Source: Balanoglossus misakiensis
Lineage: Eukaryota; Animalia; Hemichordata
Assembly (NCBI GenBank): GCA_040954595.2
Contig: CM082584.2
Span: forward strand, 1,288,281-1,352,280
Direction of reading: 5' to 3'
DNA: 64,000 nt
Part shown: positions 14,301 through 29,200 of the stretch, in pieces
How positions within the stretch are numbered: position 1 is the first letter of the stretch
Layout of the letters: each line of letters starts with the position of its first letter
Position numbers and translations under genes: made by a program
The notes under the pieces: generated by a model
Seen by the model: the letters and a program-made list of their open reading frames with translations, nothing else
Told to the model about the DNA's origin: nothing
Databases searched by the model: none

Positions 14301-16491
14301 AAAATTAATGGGCAGCACACTGTCCACTACGGCCTGGTTACTGTGTGCTCTGGTTAATGTTAACGCAAAGGTTGACCCCACCAAACACTCAAAATTAATG
14401 GGCAGCATACTGTCCACTATGGCCTGGTTACTGTGTGCTCTGGTTAATGTTGACGCAAAGGTTGACCCCACCAAACACTCAAAATTAATGGGCAGCATAC
14501 TGTCCACTATGGCCTGGTTACTGTGTGCTCTGGTTAATGTTGACGCAAAGGTTGACCCCACCAAACACTCAAAATTAATGGGCACGATACTGGCCACTCT
14601 GGCCTAGTTAATGTTGACGCAAAGGTTGACCCCACCAAACACTCAAAATTAATGGGCACGACACAGGCCACTCTGGCCTGGTTAATGTTGACGCAAAGGT
14701 TGACCCCATCAAACCCTCAAAATTAATGGGCAGCATACTGTCCACTCTGGCCTGGTTACTGTGTGCTCTTGTTAATGTTGACGCAAATGTTGACCCCACC
14801 AAACACTCAAAATTAATGGGCAGCACACTGTCCACTACGGCCTGGTTACTGTGTGCTCTGGTTAATGTTGACGCAAAGGTTGACCCCACCAAACACTCAA
14901 AATTAATGGGCAGAACACTGTCCACTATGGCCTGGTTACTGTGTGCTCTGGTTAATGTTGACGCAAAGGTTGACCCCACCAAACACTCAAAATTAATGGG
15001 CAGGATACTGGCCACTCTGGCCTAGTTAATGTTGACGCAAAGGTTGACCCCCACCAAACACTCAAAATTAATGGGCACGATACTGGCCACTCTGGCCTAG
15101 TTAATGTTGACGCAAAGGTTGACCCCACCAAACACTCAAAATTAATGGGCAGAACACTGTCCACTATGGCCTGGTTACTGTGTGCTCTGGTTAATGTTGA
15201 TGCAAAGGTTGACCCCACCAAACACTCAAAATTAATGGGCAGAACACTGTCCACTATGGCCTGGTTACTGTGTGCTCTGGTTAATGTCGACGCAAAGGTT
15301 GACCCCACCAAACACTCAAAATTAATGGGCAGAACACTGTCCACTATGGCCTGGTTACTGTGTGCTCTGGTTAATGTTGACGCAAAGGTTGACCCCACCA
15401 AACACTCAAAATTAATGGGCAGGATACTGGCCACTCTGGCCTAGTTAATGTTGACGCAAAGGTTGACCCCCACCAAACACTCAAAATTAATGGGCACGAT
15501 ACTGGCCACTCTGGCCTAGTTAATGTTGACGCAAAGGTTGACCCCACCAAACACTCAAAATTAATGGGCACGACACTGGCCACTCTGGCCTGGTTAATGT
15601 TGACGCAAAGGTTGACCCCATCAAACCCTCAAAATTAATGGGCAGCATACTGTCCACTCTGGCCTGGTTACTGTGTGCTCTGGTTAATGTTGACGCAAAG
15701 GTTGACCCCACCAAACACTCAAAATTAATGGGCAGCATACTGTCCACTCTGGCCTGGTTATTGTGTGCTCTGGTTAATGTTGACGCAAAGGTTGACCCCA
15801 CCAAACACTCAAAATTAATGGGCAGAACACTGTCCACTATGGCCTGGTTACTGTGTGCTCTGGTTAATGTTGACGCAAAGGTTGACCCCACCAAACACTC
15901 AAAATTAATGGGCAGGATACTGGCCACTCTGGCCTAGTTAATGTTGACGCAAAGGTTGACCCCCACCAAACACTCAAAATTAATGGGCACGATACTGGCC
16001 ACTCTGGCCTAGTTAATGTTGACGCAAAGGTTGACCCCACCAAACACTCAAAATTAATGGGCACGGCACTGGCCACTCTGGCCTGGTTAATGTTGACGCA
16101 AAGGTTGACCCCCACCAAACACTCAAAATTAATGGGCACGATACTGGCCACTCTGGCCTAGTTAATGTTGACGCAAAGGTTGACCCCACCAAACACTCAA
16201 AATTAATGGGCACGGCACTGGCCACTCTGGCCTGGTTAATGTTGACGCAAAGGTTGACCCCATCAAACCCTCAAAATTAATGGGCAGCACACTGTCCACT
16301 CTGGCCTGGTTACTGTGTGCTCTGGTTAATGTTGACGCAAAGGTTGACCCCACCAAACACTCAAAATTAATGGGCAGCATACTGTCCACTCTGGCCTGGT
16401 TATTGTGTGCTCTGGTTAATGTTGACGCAAAGGTTGACACCACCAAACACTCAAAATTAATGGGCAGCATACTGTCCACTCTAGCCTGGTT

Positions 16492-18223
16492 CAGTCGGCC
16501 CGATCGCCAAAAAAGGAAATCTCATGAATATTTAAATTTGTGTCAAAGGTAACGTTTCGCCCAATCAGAAATATGCACAAATGACACGCGCGAAGGAATG
16601 TCAACAAGGCCAGTGCCTTTTGCTAACACTGACATCCTGAGGCTGTCTTGCATTTATACTAGGTAACCGCTCCGCCCGCCAAGCTCTTGGTATCCGAAAA
16701 ATAGACCTTGGCAGAACAAATCCTTTGACCGTGGACGGTGTTTTTTTATATAGCGGTTTCCGCATTGGTTCGTTAGGGAAATTTTGGTCGATCCAACAAC
16801 CCGTGCGAGCCGACGATGACTCGGTAAATGCTTCCAGTAAACTTTGGGCCTCACTATCCAGTGTCAGTGCGGCCGTATTTAAAACCCAAGTTGATTTAAG
16901 TGAAGAGCAGGGCAGTATAATGATCCATACTTGTGCTAGTCGGACTATATCAGCTACATGTATGGTATAAAGACGCAACTGATACAGGGGCAACAGCGAT
17001 ACTCGTAGTATACTCTGTACGGTGACTGTGAGCGTGCATGAGCGGTGTTGTGATGAGCTATTGCGCGGCGCGTATGTTGTAATTTACGTTTGGCAAAGTT
17101 GCTAACAGTTTCCAAGTTGACACCGCACATTCATGAGGTAATCGTCATATTTTGTGAATTCGACTCTTTCTATCATTTACGGTAATTGGTGATTGTGAAT
17201 AAAAAAAATCATGAAACTTTCGGATCGAGAGTGACTGAGCCACGGCCTAGCTCACGCACAAGATTGTTATCATTGCCGTTGTGTATATAGCATGGAGCTC
17301 CTTGTGTATATAGTGATGGCATGGCAGAAATTATCAGTTGTCGCTACAAAACGCAACGGTAGATCGCTAGAGCGTGTATCAATGTGTCCTCGGACAAAAT
17401 CCTGAGCATTTAGGCGACCTAGATTTTATTTAATTGAACTAAGACCCCGCACTAAAACTTCAGAAGCATACAAGAATAGCCATCATCGCCGTTGTCGACA
17501 GTGAGAACGTAGGCATGGCAGAAATTATCAGCTATCGCTAAAAAACGCAACGGTCGATTTCAAAACGCAACGGTAGATCGCTAGAGCGTGTATCAATGTG
17601 TCCTCGGACAAAATCCTGGGCATTTAGGCGACGTAGATTTTATTTAATTGAACTTCATTTGTAAAACTCCGGACTAAAACCCGGAAGCATACAAGAATAG
17701 CCATCATCGCCGTTGTCGACAGTGGGGACTTGGGCATGGCAGAAATTATCAGCTGTCGCTAAAAAACGCAACGGTCGATTTCAAAACGCATCGGTAGATC
17801 GCTAGAGCGTGTATCAATGTGTCCTCGGACAAAATCCTGGGCGTTTAGGCGACGTAGATTTTATTTAATTGAACTTCATTTGTAAAACTCCGGACTAAAA
17901 CCCGGAAGCATACAAGAATAGCCATCATCGCCGTTGTCGACAGTGGGGACTTGGGCATGGCAGAAATTATCAGCTGTCGCTAAAAAACGCAACGGTCGAT
18001 TTCAAAACGCATCGGTAGATCGCTAGAGCACCTTTCAAGGAATCCTCAGGCAAAAATTTGAGTATTTAGGCGAATTCGACTTCATTTAACAGAACTAAAA
18101 CCGAGGGCATGCGAATTTTCTCTGGAACTGATTGTCTCGAGCGATCTGATTGGCCGAAAAGTTACCTCTGACACCAAATTTAAATATTCATGAGATTTCC
18201 TTTTTTGGCGATCGGGCCGACTG
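16492..18223. mobile_element. Non-autonomous TIR DNA transposon, copy 1 (1732 bp), 5-bp TSD TGGTT
   Basis: TIR begins CAGTCGGCCCGATCGCCAAAAAAGGAAATCTCATGAATATTTAAATTTG (49 bp perfect, ~78 bp imperfect). TGGTT at 16487-16491 and 18224-18228 is present only once in the empty monomer. No transposase-like ORF. Confidence 0.95.
17318..18030. repeat. Internal ~220-bp tandem repeat of the TIR element (~3.3 copies; the same repeat is at ~22284-23015)
   Basis: GGCATGGCAGAAATTATCAG at ~17318, 17512, 17733 and 17954. Confidence 0.92.
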
Positions 18224-21200
18224 TGGTTACTGTGTGCTCTGGTTAATGTTGACGTACAGGTTGACCCCACCAACCACTCAAAATTAATGGGCAGCATACT
18301 GTCCACTATGGCCTGGTTACTGTGTGCTCTGGTTAATGTTGACGCAAAGGTTGACCCCACCAAACACTCAAAATTAATGGGCAGCATACTGTCCACTATG
18401 GCCTGGTTACTGTGTGCTCTGGTTAATGTTGACGCAAAGGTTGAACCCACCAAACACTCAAAATTAATGGGCAGCACACTGTCCACTATGGCCTGGTTAC
18501 TGTGTGCTCTGGTTAATGTTGACGCAAAGGTTGACCCCACCAAACACTCAAAATTAATGGGCACGATACTGGCCACTCTGGCCTAGTTAATGTTGACGCA
18601 AAGGTTGACCCCCACCAAACACTCAAAATTAATGGGCACGATACTGGCCACTCTGGCCTAGTTAATGTTGACGCAAAGGTTGACCCCACCAAACACTCAA
18701 AATTAATGGGCACGACACTGGCCACTCTGGCCTGGTTAATGTTGACGCAAAGGTTGACCCCATCAAACCCTCAAAATTAATGGGCAGCATACTGTCCACT
18801 CTGGCCTGGTTACTGTGTGCTCTTGTTAATGTTGACGCAAATGTTGACCCCACCAAACACTCAAAATTAATGGGCAGCACACTGTCCACTACGGCCTGGT
18901 TACTGTGTGCTCTGGTTAATGTTGACGCAAAGGTTGACCCCACCAAACACTCAAAATTAATGGGCAGAACACTGTCCACTATGGCCTGGTTACTGTGTGC
19001 TCTGGTTAATGTTGACGCAAAGGTTGACCCCACCAAACACTCAAAATTAATGGGCAGGATACTGGCCACTCTGGCCTAGTTAATGTTGACGCAAAGGTTG
19101 ACCCCCACCAAACACTCAAAATTAATGGGCACGATACTGGCCACTCTGGCCTAGTTAATGTTGACGCAAAGGTTGACCCCACCAAACACTCAAAATTAAT
19201 GGGCAGAACACTGTCCACTATGGCCTGGTTACTGTGTGCTCTGGTTAATGTTGATGCAAAGGTTGACCCCACCAAACACTCAAAATTAATGGGCAGAACA
19301 CTGTCCACTATGGCCTGGTTACTGTGTGCTCTGGTTAATGTTGACGCAAAGGTTGACCCCACCAAACACTCAAAATTAATGGGCAGAACACTGTCCACTA
19401 TGGCCTGGTTACTGTGTGCTCTGGTTAATGTTGACGCAAAGGTTGACCCCACCAAACACTCAAAATTAATGGGCAGGATACTGGCCACTCTGGCCTAGTT
19501 AATGTTGATGCAAAGGTTGACCCCCACCAAACACTCAAAATTAATGGGCACGATACTGGCCACTCTGGCCTAGTTAATGTTGACGCAAAGGTTGACCCCA
19601 CCAAACACTCAAAATTAATGGGCACGACACTGGCCACTCTGGCCTGGTTAATGTTGACGCAAAGGTTGACCCCATCAAACCCTCAAAATTAATGGGCAGC
19701 ATACTGTCCACTCTGGCCTGGTTACTGTGTGCTCTGGTTAATGTTGACGCAAAGGTTGACCCCACCAAACACTCAAAATTAATGGGCAGCATACTGTCCA
19801 CTCTGGCCTGGTTATTGTGTGCTCTGGTTAATGTTGACGCAAAGGTTGACCCCACCAAACACTCAAAATTAATGGGCAGAACACTGTCCACTATGGCCTG
19901 GTTACTGTGTGCTCTGGTTAATGTTGACGCAAAGGTTGACCCCACCAAACACTCAAAATTAATGGGCAGGATACTGGCCACTCTGGCCTAGTTAATGTTG
20001 ACGCAAAGGTTGACCCCCACCAAACACTCAAAATTAATGGGCACGATACTGGCCACTCTGGCCTAGTTAATGTTGACGCAAAGGTTGACCCCACCAAACA
20101 CTCAAAATTAATGGGCAGAACACTGTCCACTATGGCCTGGTTACTGTGTGCTCTGGTTAATGTTGATGCAAAGGTTGACCCCACCAAACACTCAAAATTA
20201 ATGGGCAGAACACTGTCCACTATGGCCTGGTTACTGTGTGCTCTGGTTAATGTTGACGCAAAGGTTGACCCCACCAAACACTCAAAATTAATGGGCAGAA
20301 CACTGTCCACTATGGCCTGGTTACTGTGTGCTCTGGTTAATGTTGACGCAAAGGTTGACCCCACCAAACACTCAAAATTAATGGGCAGGATACTGGCCAC
20401 TCTGGCCTAGTTAATGTTGATGCAAAGGTTGACCCCCACCAAACACTCAAAATTAATGGGCACGATACTGGCCACTCTGGCCTAGTTAATGTTGACGCAA
20501 AGGTTGACCCCACCAAACACTCAAAATTAATGGGCACGACACTGGCCACTCTGGCCTGGTTAATGTTGACGCAAAGGTTGACCCCATCAAACCCTCAAAA
20601 TTAATGGGCAGCATACTGTCCACTCTGGCCTGGTTACTGTGTGCTCTGGTTAATGTTGACGCAAAGGTTGACCCCACCAAACACTCAAAATTAATGGGCA
20701 GCATACTGTCCACTCTGGCCTGGTTATTGTGTGCTCTGGTTAATGTTGACGCAAAGGTTGACCCCACCAAACACTCAAAATTAATGGGCAGAACACTGTC
20801 CACTATGGCCTGGTTACTGTGTGCTCTGGTTAATGTTGACGCAAAGGTTGACCCCACCAAACACTCAAAATTAATGGGCAGGATACTGGCCACTCTGGCC
20901 TAGTTAATGTTGACGCAAAGGTTGACCCCCACCAAACACTCAAAATTAATGGGCACGATACTGGCCACTCTGGCCTAGTTAATGTTGACGCAAAGGTTGA
21001 CCCCACCAAACACTCAAAATTAATGGGCACGGCACTGGCCACTCTGGCCTGGTTAATGTTGACGCAAAGGTTGACCCCCACCAAACACTCAAAATTAATG
21101 GGCACGATACTGGCCACTCTGGCCTAGTTAATGTTGACGCAAAGGTTGACCCCACCAAACACTCAAAATTAATGGGCACGGCACTGGCCACTCTGGCCTG

Positions 21201-21457
21201 GTTAATGTTGACGCAAAGGTTGACCCCATCAAACCCTCAAAATTAATGGGCAGCATACTGTCCACTCTGGCCTGGTTACTGTGTGCTCTGGTTAATGTTG
21301 ACGCAAAGGTTGACCCCACCAAACACTCAAAATTAATGGGCAGCATACTGTCCACTCTGGCCTGGTTATTGTGTGCTCTGGTTAATGTTGACGCAAAGGT
21401 TGACACCACCAAACACTCAAAATTAATGGGCAGCATACTGTCCACTCTAGCCTGGTT

Positions 21458-23209
21458 CAGTCGGCCCGATCGCCAAAAAAGGAAATCTCATGAATATTTA
21501 AATTTGTGTCAAAGGTAACGTTTCGCCCAATCAGAAATATGCACAAATGACACGCGCGAAGGAATGTCAACAAGGCCAGTGCCTTTTGCTAACACTGACA
21601 TCCTGAGGCTGTCTTGCATTTATACTAGGTAACCTCTCCGCCCGCCAAGCTCTTGGTATCCGAAAAATAGACCTTGGCAGAACAAATCCTTTGACCGTGG
21701 ACGGTGTTTTTTTATATAGCGGTTTCCGCATTGGTTCGTTAGGGAAATTTTGGTCGATCCAACAACCCGTGCGAGCCGACGATGACTCGGTAAATGCTTC
21801 CAGTAAACTTTGGGCCTCACTATCCAGTGTCAGTGCGGCCGTATTTAAAACCCAAGTTGATTTAAGTGAAGAGCAGGGCAGTATAATGATCCATACTTGT
21901 GCTAGTCGGACTATATCAGCTACATGTATGGTATAAAGACGCAACTGATACAGGGGCAACAGCGATACTCGTAGTATACTCTGTACGGTGACTGTGAGCG
22001 TGCATGAGCGGTGTTGTGATGAGCTATTGCGCGGCGCGTATGTTGTAATTTACGTTTGGCAAAGTTGCTAACAGTTTCCAAGTTGACACCGCACATTCAT
22101 GAGGTAATCGTCATATTTTGTGAATTCGACTCTTTCTATCATTTACGGTAATTGGTGATTGTGAATAAAAAAAATCATGAAACTTTCGGATCGAGAGTGA
22201 CTGAGCCACGGCCTAGCTTACGCACAAGATTGTTATCATTGCCGTTGTGTATATAGCATGGAGCTCCTTGTGTATATAGTGAGGGCATGGCAGAAATTAT
22301 CAGTTGTCGCTACAAAACGCAACGGTCGATTTCAAAACGCAACGGTAGATCGCTAGAGCGTGTATCAATGTGTCCTCGGACAAAATCCTGAGCATTTAGG
22401 CGACCTAGATTTTATTTAATTGAACTAAGACCCCGCACTAAAACTTCAGAAGCATACAAGAATAGCCATCATCGCCGTTGTCGACAGTGAGAACGTAGGC
22501 ATGGCAGAAATTATCAGCTATCGCTAAAAAACGCAACGGTCGATTTCAAAACGCAACGGTAGATCGCTAGAGCGTGTATCAATGTGTCCTCGGACAAAAT
22601 CCTGGGCATTTAGGCGACGTAGATTTTATTTAATTGAACTTCATTTGTAAAACTCCGGACTAAAACCCGGAAGCATACAAGAATAGCCATCATCGCCGTT
22701 GTCGACAGTGGGGACTTGGGCATGGCAGAAATTATCAGCTGTCGCTAAAAAACGCAACGGTCGATTTCAAAACGCATCGGTAGATCGCTAGAGCGTGTAT
22801 CAATGTGTCCTCGGACAAAATCCTGGGCGTTTAGGCGACGTAGATTTTATTTAATTGAACTTCATTTGTAAAACTCCGGACTAAAACCCGGAAGCATACA
22901 AGAATAGCCATCATCGCCGTTGTCGACAGTGGGGACTTGGGCATGGCAGAAATTATCAGCTGTCGCTAAAAAACGCAACGGTCGATTTCAAAACGCATCG
23001 GTAGATCGCTAGAGCACCTTTCAAGGAATCCTCAGGCAAAAATTTGAGTATTTAGGCGAATTCGACTTCATTTAACAGAACTAAAACCGAGGGCATGCGA
23101 ATTTTCTCTGGAACTGATTGTCTCGAGCGATCTGATTGGCCGAAAAGTTACCTCTGACACCAAATTTAAATATTCATGAGATTTCCTTTTTTGGCGATCG
23201 GGCCGACTG
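21458..23209. mobile_element. Non-autonomous TIR DNA transposon, copy 2 (1752 bp), same TSD and same flanks
   Basis: Near-identical to copy 1. It has an extra 20-bp internal unit (GTCGATTTCAAAACGCAACG) and a few substitutions. Confidence 0.95.
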
Positions 23210-26200
23210 TGGTTACTGTGTGCTCTGGTTAATGTTGACGTACAGGTTGACCCCACCAACCACTCAAAATTAATGGGCAGCATACTGTCCACTATGGCCT
23301 GGTTACTGTGTGCTCTGGTTAATGTTGACGCAAAGGTTGACCCCACCAAACACTCAAAATTAATGGGCAGCATACTGTCCACTATGGCCTGGTTACTGTG
23401 TGCTCTGGTTAATGTTGACGCAAAGGTTGAACCCACCAAACACTCAAAATTAATGGGCAGCACACTGTCCACTATGGCCTGGTTACTGTGTGCTCTGGTT
23501 AATGTTGACGCAAAGGTTGACCCCACCAAACACTCAAAATTAATGGGCACGATACTGGCCACTCTGGCCTAGTTAATGTTGACGCAAAGGTTGACCCCCA
23601 CCAAACACTCAAAATTAATGGGCACGATACTGGCCACTCTGGCCTGGTTAATGTTGACGCAAAGGTTGACCCCACCAAACCCTCAAAATTAATGGGCAGC
23701 ACACTGTCCACTATGGCCTGGTTACTGTGTGCTCTGGTTAATGTTGACGCAAAGGTTGACCCCACCAAACACTCAAAATTAATGGGCTGTGCTCTGGTTA
23801 ATGTTGACGCAAAGGTTGACCCCACCAAACACTTAAAATTAATGGGCAGCACACTGTCCACTATGGCCTGGTTACTGTGTGCTCTGGTTAATGTTGACGC
23901 AAAGGTTGACCCTACCTAACACTCAAAATTAATGGGCAGCATACTGTCCACTCTGGCCTGGTTACTGTGTGCTCTGGTTAATGTTGACGCAAAGGTTGAC
24001 CCCACCAAACACTCAAAATTAATGGGCAGCATACTGTCCACTCTGGCCTGGTTATTGTGTGCTCTGGTTAATGTTGACGCAAAGGTTGACCCCACCAAAC
24101 ACTCAAAATTAATGGGCACGACACTGGCCACTCTGGCCTGGTTAATGTTGACGCAAAGGTTGACCCCACCAAACCCTCAAAATTAATGGGCATTACACTG
24201 TCCACTATGGCCTGGTTACTGTGTGCTCTGGTTAATGTTGACGCAAAGGTTGACCCCACCAAACACTCAAAATTAATGGGCAGCATACTGTCCACTATGG
24301 CCTGGTTACTGTGTGCTCTGGTTAATGTTGACGCAAAGGTTGACCCCACCAAACACTCAAAATTAATGGGCAGCACACTGTCCACTATGGCCTGGTTACT
24401 GTGTGCTCTGGTTAATGTTGACGCAAAGGTTGACCCCACCAAACACTCAAAATTAATGGGCAGCACACTGTCCACTATGGCCTGGTTACTGTGTGCTCTG
24501 GTTAATGTTGACGCAAAGGTTGACCCCACCAAACACTCAAAATTAATGGGCAGAACACTGTCCACTATGGCCTGGTTACTGTGTGCTCTGGTTAATGTTG
24601 ACGCAAAGGTTGACCCCACCAAACACTCAAAATTAATGGGCAGGATACTGGCCACTCTGGCCTAGTTAATGTTGACGCAAAGGTTGACCCCCACCAAACA
24701 CTCAAAATTAATGGGCACTATACTGGCCACTCTGGCCTAGTTAATGTTGACGCAAAGGTTGACCCCACCAAACACTCAAAATTAATGGGCACGACACGGG
24801 CCACTCTGGCCTGGTTAATGTTGACGCAAAGGTTGACCCCACCAAACCCTCAAAATTAATGGGCAGCACACTGTCCACTATGGCCTGGTTACTGTGTGCT
24901 CTGGTTAATGTTGACGCAAAGGTTGACCCCACCAAACACTCAAAATTAATGGGCTGTGCTCTGGTTAATGTTGACGCAAAGGTTGACCCCACCAAACACT
25001 CAAAATTAATGGGCAGCACACTGTCCACTATGGCCTGGTTACTGTGTGCTCTGGTTAATGTTGACGCAAAGGTTGACCCTACCAAACACTCAAAATTAAT
25101 GGGCAGCATACTGTCCACTCTGGCCTGGTTACTGTGTGCTCTGGTTAATGTTGACGCAAAGGTTGACCCCACCAAACACTCAAAATTAATGGGCAGCATA
25201 CTGTCCACTCTGGCCTGGTTATTGTGTGCTCTGGTTAATGTTGACGCAAAGGTTGACCCCACCAAACACTCAAAATTAATGGGCACGACACTGGCCACTC
25301 TGGCCTGGTTAATGTTGACGCAAAGGTTGACCCCACCAAACCCTCAAAATTAATGGGCAGCACACTGTCCACTATGGCCTGGTTACTGTGTGCTCTGGTT
25401 AATGTTGACGCAAAGGTTGACCCCACCAAACACTCAAAATTAATGGCCTGTGCTCTGGTTAATGTTGACGCAAAAGGTTGACCCCACCAAACACTCAAAA
25501 TTAATGGGCAGCATACTGTCCACTATGGCCTGGTTACTGTGTGCTCTGGTTAATGTTGACGCAAAGGTTGACCCCACCAAACACTCAAAATTAATGGGCA
25601 GCACACTGTCCACTATGGCCTGGTTACTGTGTGCTCTGGTTAATGTTGACGCAAAGGTTGACCCCACCAAACACTCAAAATTAATGGGTAGAACACTGTC
25701 CACTATGGCCTGGTTACTGTGTGCTCTGGTTAATGTTGACGCAAAGGTTGACCCTACCAAACACTCAAAATTAATGGGCAGAACACTGTCCACTATGGCC
25801 TGGTTACTGTGTGCTCTGGTTAATGTTGACGCAAAGGTTGACCCCACCAAACACTCAAAATTAATGGGCAGAACACTGTCCACTATGGCCTGGTTACTGT
25901 GTGCTCTGGTTAATGTTGACACATAGGTTGACCCCACCAAACACTCAAAATTAATGGGCAGGATACTGGCCACTATGGCCTGGTTACTGTGTGCTCTGGT
26001 TAATGTTGACACAAAGGTTGACCCCACCAAACACTCAAAATTAATGGGCACGATACTGGCCACTCTGGCCTAGTTAATGTTGACGCAAAGGTTGACCCCC
26101 ACCAAACACTCAAAATTAATGGGCACGATACTGGCCACTCTGGCCTAGTTAATGTTGACGCAAAGGTTGACCCCACCAAACACTCAAAATTAATGGGCAC

Positions 26201-29200
26201 GACACTGGCCACTCTGGCCTGGTTAATGTTGACGCAAAGGTTGACCCTACCAAACACTCAAAATTAATGGGCAGAACACTGTCCACTATGGCCTGGTTAC
26301 TGTGTGCTCTGGTTAATGTTGACGCAAAGGTTGACCCTACCAAACACTCAAAATTAATGGGCAGAACACTGTCCACTATGGCCTGGTTACTGTGTGCTCT
26401 GGTTAATGTTGACGCAAAGGTTGACCCCACCAAACACTCAAAATTAATGGGCAGCATACTGTCCACTCTGGCCTGGTTATTGTGTGCTCTGGTTAATGTT
26501 GACGCAAAGGTTGACCCCACCAAACACTCAAAATTAATGGGCACGACACTGGCCACTCTGGCCTGGTTAATGTTGACGCAAAGGTTGACCCCACCAAACC
26601 CTCAAAATTAATGGGCATTACACTGTCCACTATGGCCTGGTTACTGTGTGCTCTGGTTAATGTTGACGCAAAGGTTGACCCCACAAAACACTCAAAATTA
26701 ATGGCCTGTGCTCTGGTTAATGTTGACGCAAAGGTTGACCCCACCAAACACTCAAAATTAATGGGCAGCATACTGTCCACTATGGCCTGGTTACTGTGTG
26801 CTCTGGTTAATGTTGACGCAAAGGTTGACCCTACCAAACACTCAAAATTAATGGGCAGCACACTGTCCACTATGGCCTGGTTACTGTGTGCTCTGGTTAA
26901 TGTTGACGCAAAGGTTGACCCCACCAAACACTCAAAATTAATGGGCAGCACACTGTCCACTATGGCCTGGTTACTGTGTGCTCTGGTTAATGTTGACGCA
27001 AAGGTTGACCCCACCAAACACTCAAAATTAATGGGCAGAACACTGTCCACTATGGCCTGGTTACTGTGTGCTCTGGTTAATGTTGACGCAAAGGTTGACC
27101 CCACCAAACACTCAAAATTAATGGGCAGGATACTGGCCACTCTGGCCTAGTTAATGTTGACGCAAAGGTTGACCCCCACCAAACACTCAAAATTAATGGG
27201 CACTATACTGGCCACTCTGGCCTAGTTAATGTTGACGCAAAGGTTGACCCCACCAAACACTCAAAATTAATGGGCACGACACTGGCCACTCTGGCCTGGT
27301 TAATGTTGACGCAAAGGTTGACCCCACCAAACCCTCAAAATTAATGGGCAGCACACTGTCCACTATGGCCTGGTTACTGTGTGCTCTGGTTAATGTTGAC
27401 GCAAAGGTTGACCCCACCAAACACTCAAAATTAATGGGCTGTGCTCTGGTTAATGTTGACGCAAAGGTTGACCCCACCAAACACTCAAAATTAATGGGCA
27501 GCACACTGTCCACTATGGCCTGGTTACTGTGTGCTCTGGTTAATGTTGACGCAAAGGTTGACCATACCAAACACTCAAAATTAATGGGCAGCATACTGTC
27601 CACTCTGGCCTGGTTACTGTGTGCTCTGGTTAATGTTGACGCAAAGGTTGACCCCACCAAACACTCAAAATTAATGGGCAGCATACTGTCCACTCTGGCC
27701 TGGTTATTGTGTGCTCTGGTTAATGTTGACGCAAAGGTTGACCCCACCAAACACTCAAAATTAATGGGCACGACACTGGCCACTCTGGCCTGGTTAATGT
27801 TGACGCAAAGGTTGACCCCACCAAACCCTCAAAATTAATGGGCAGCACACTGTCCACTATGGCCTGGATACTGTGTGCTCTGGTTAATGTTGACGCAAAG
27901 GTTGACCCCACCAAACACTCAAAATTAATGGCCTGTGCTCTGGTTAATGTTGACGCAAAAGGTTGACCCCACCAAACACTCAAAATTAATGGGCAGCATA
28001 CTGTCCACTATGGCCTGGTTACTGTGTGCTCTGGTTAATGTTGACGCAAAGGTTGACCCCACCAAACACTCAAAATTAATGGGCAGCACACTGTCCACTA
28101 TGGCCTGGTTACTGTGTGCTCTGGTTAATGTTGACGCAAAGGTTGACCCCACCAAACACTCAAAATTAATGGGCAGCATACTGTCCACTATGGCCTGGTT
28201 ACTGTGTGCTCTGGTTAATGCTGACGCAAAGGTTGACCCCACCAAACACTCAAAATTAATGGGCAGCACACTGTCCACTATGGCCTGGTTACTGTGTGCT
28301 CTGGTTAATGTTGACGCAAAGGTTGACCCCACCAAACACTCAAAATTAATGGGTAGAACACTGTCCACTATGGCCTGGTTACTGTGTGCTCTGGTTAATG
28401 TTGACGCAAAGGTTGACCCTACCAAACACTCAAAATTAATGGGCAGAACACTGTCCACTATGGCCTGGTTACTGTGTGCTCTGGTTAATGTTGACGCAAA
28501 GGTTGACCCTACCAAACACTCAAAATTAATGGGCAGAACACTGTCCACTATGGCCTGGTTACTGTGTGCTCTGGTTAATGTTGACGCATAGGTTGACCCC
28601 ACCAAACACTCAAAATTAATGGGCAGAACACTGTCCACTATGGCCTGGTTACTGTGTGCTCTGGTTAATGTTGACACAAAGGTTGACCCCACCAAACACT
28701 CAAAATTAATGGGCAGGATACTGGCCACTATGGCCTGGTTACTGTGTGCTCTGGTTAATGTTGACACAAAGGTTGAACCCACCAAACACTCAAAATTAAT
28801 GGGCAGCATACTGTCCACTCTGGCCTGGTTATTGTGTGCTCTGGTTAATGTTGACGCAAAGGTTGACCCCACCAAACACTCAAAATTAATGGGCACGACA
28901 CTGGCCACTCTGGCCTGGTTAATGTTGACGCAAAGGTTGACCCCACCAAACCCTCAAAATTAATGGGCAGCACACTGTCCACTATGGCCTGGTTACTGTG
29001 TGCTCTGGTTAATGTTGACGCAAAGGTTGACCCCACCAAACACTCAAAATTAATGGCCTGTGCTCTGGTTAATGTTGACGCAAAAGGTTGACCCCACCAA
29101 ACACTCAAAATTAATGGGCAGCATACTGTCCACTATGGCCTGGTTACTGTGTGCTCTGGTTAATGTTGACGCAAAGGTTGACCCCACCAAACACTCAAAA

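Noticed and set aside
16601-16993. 130-aa and 81-aa ORFs inside the TIR element
   Set aside because: No transposase or other recognisable motif; they are present twice only because the element is duplicated.
18215-18228. RSS-like heptamer CACAGTC at the right end of the TIR element, suggesting a RAG/Transib transposon
   Set aside because: The extra CA comes from the first two bases of the TSD, and the left end reads TT at that position. The superfamily remains unassigned.
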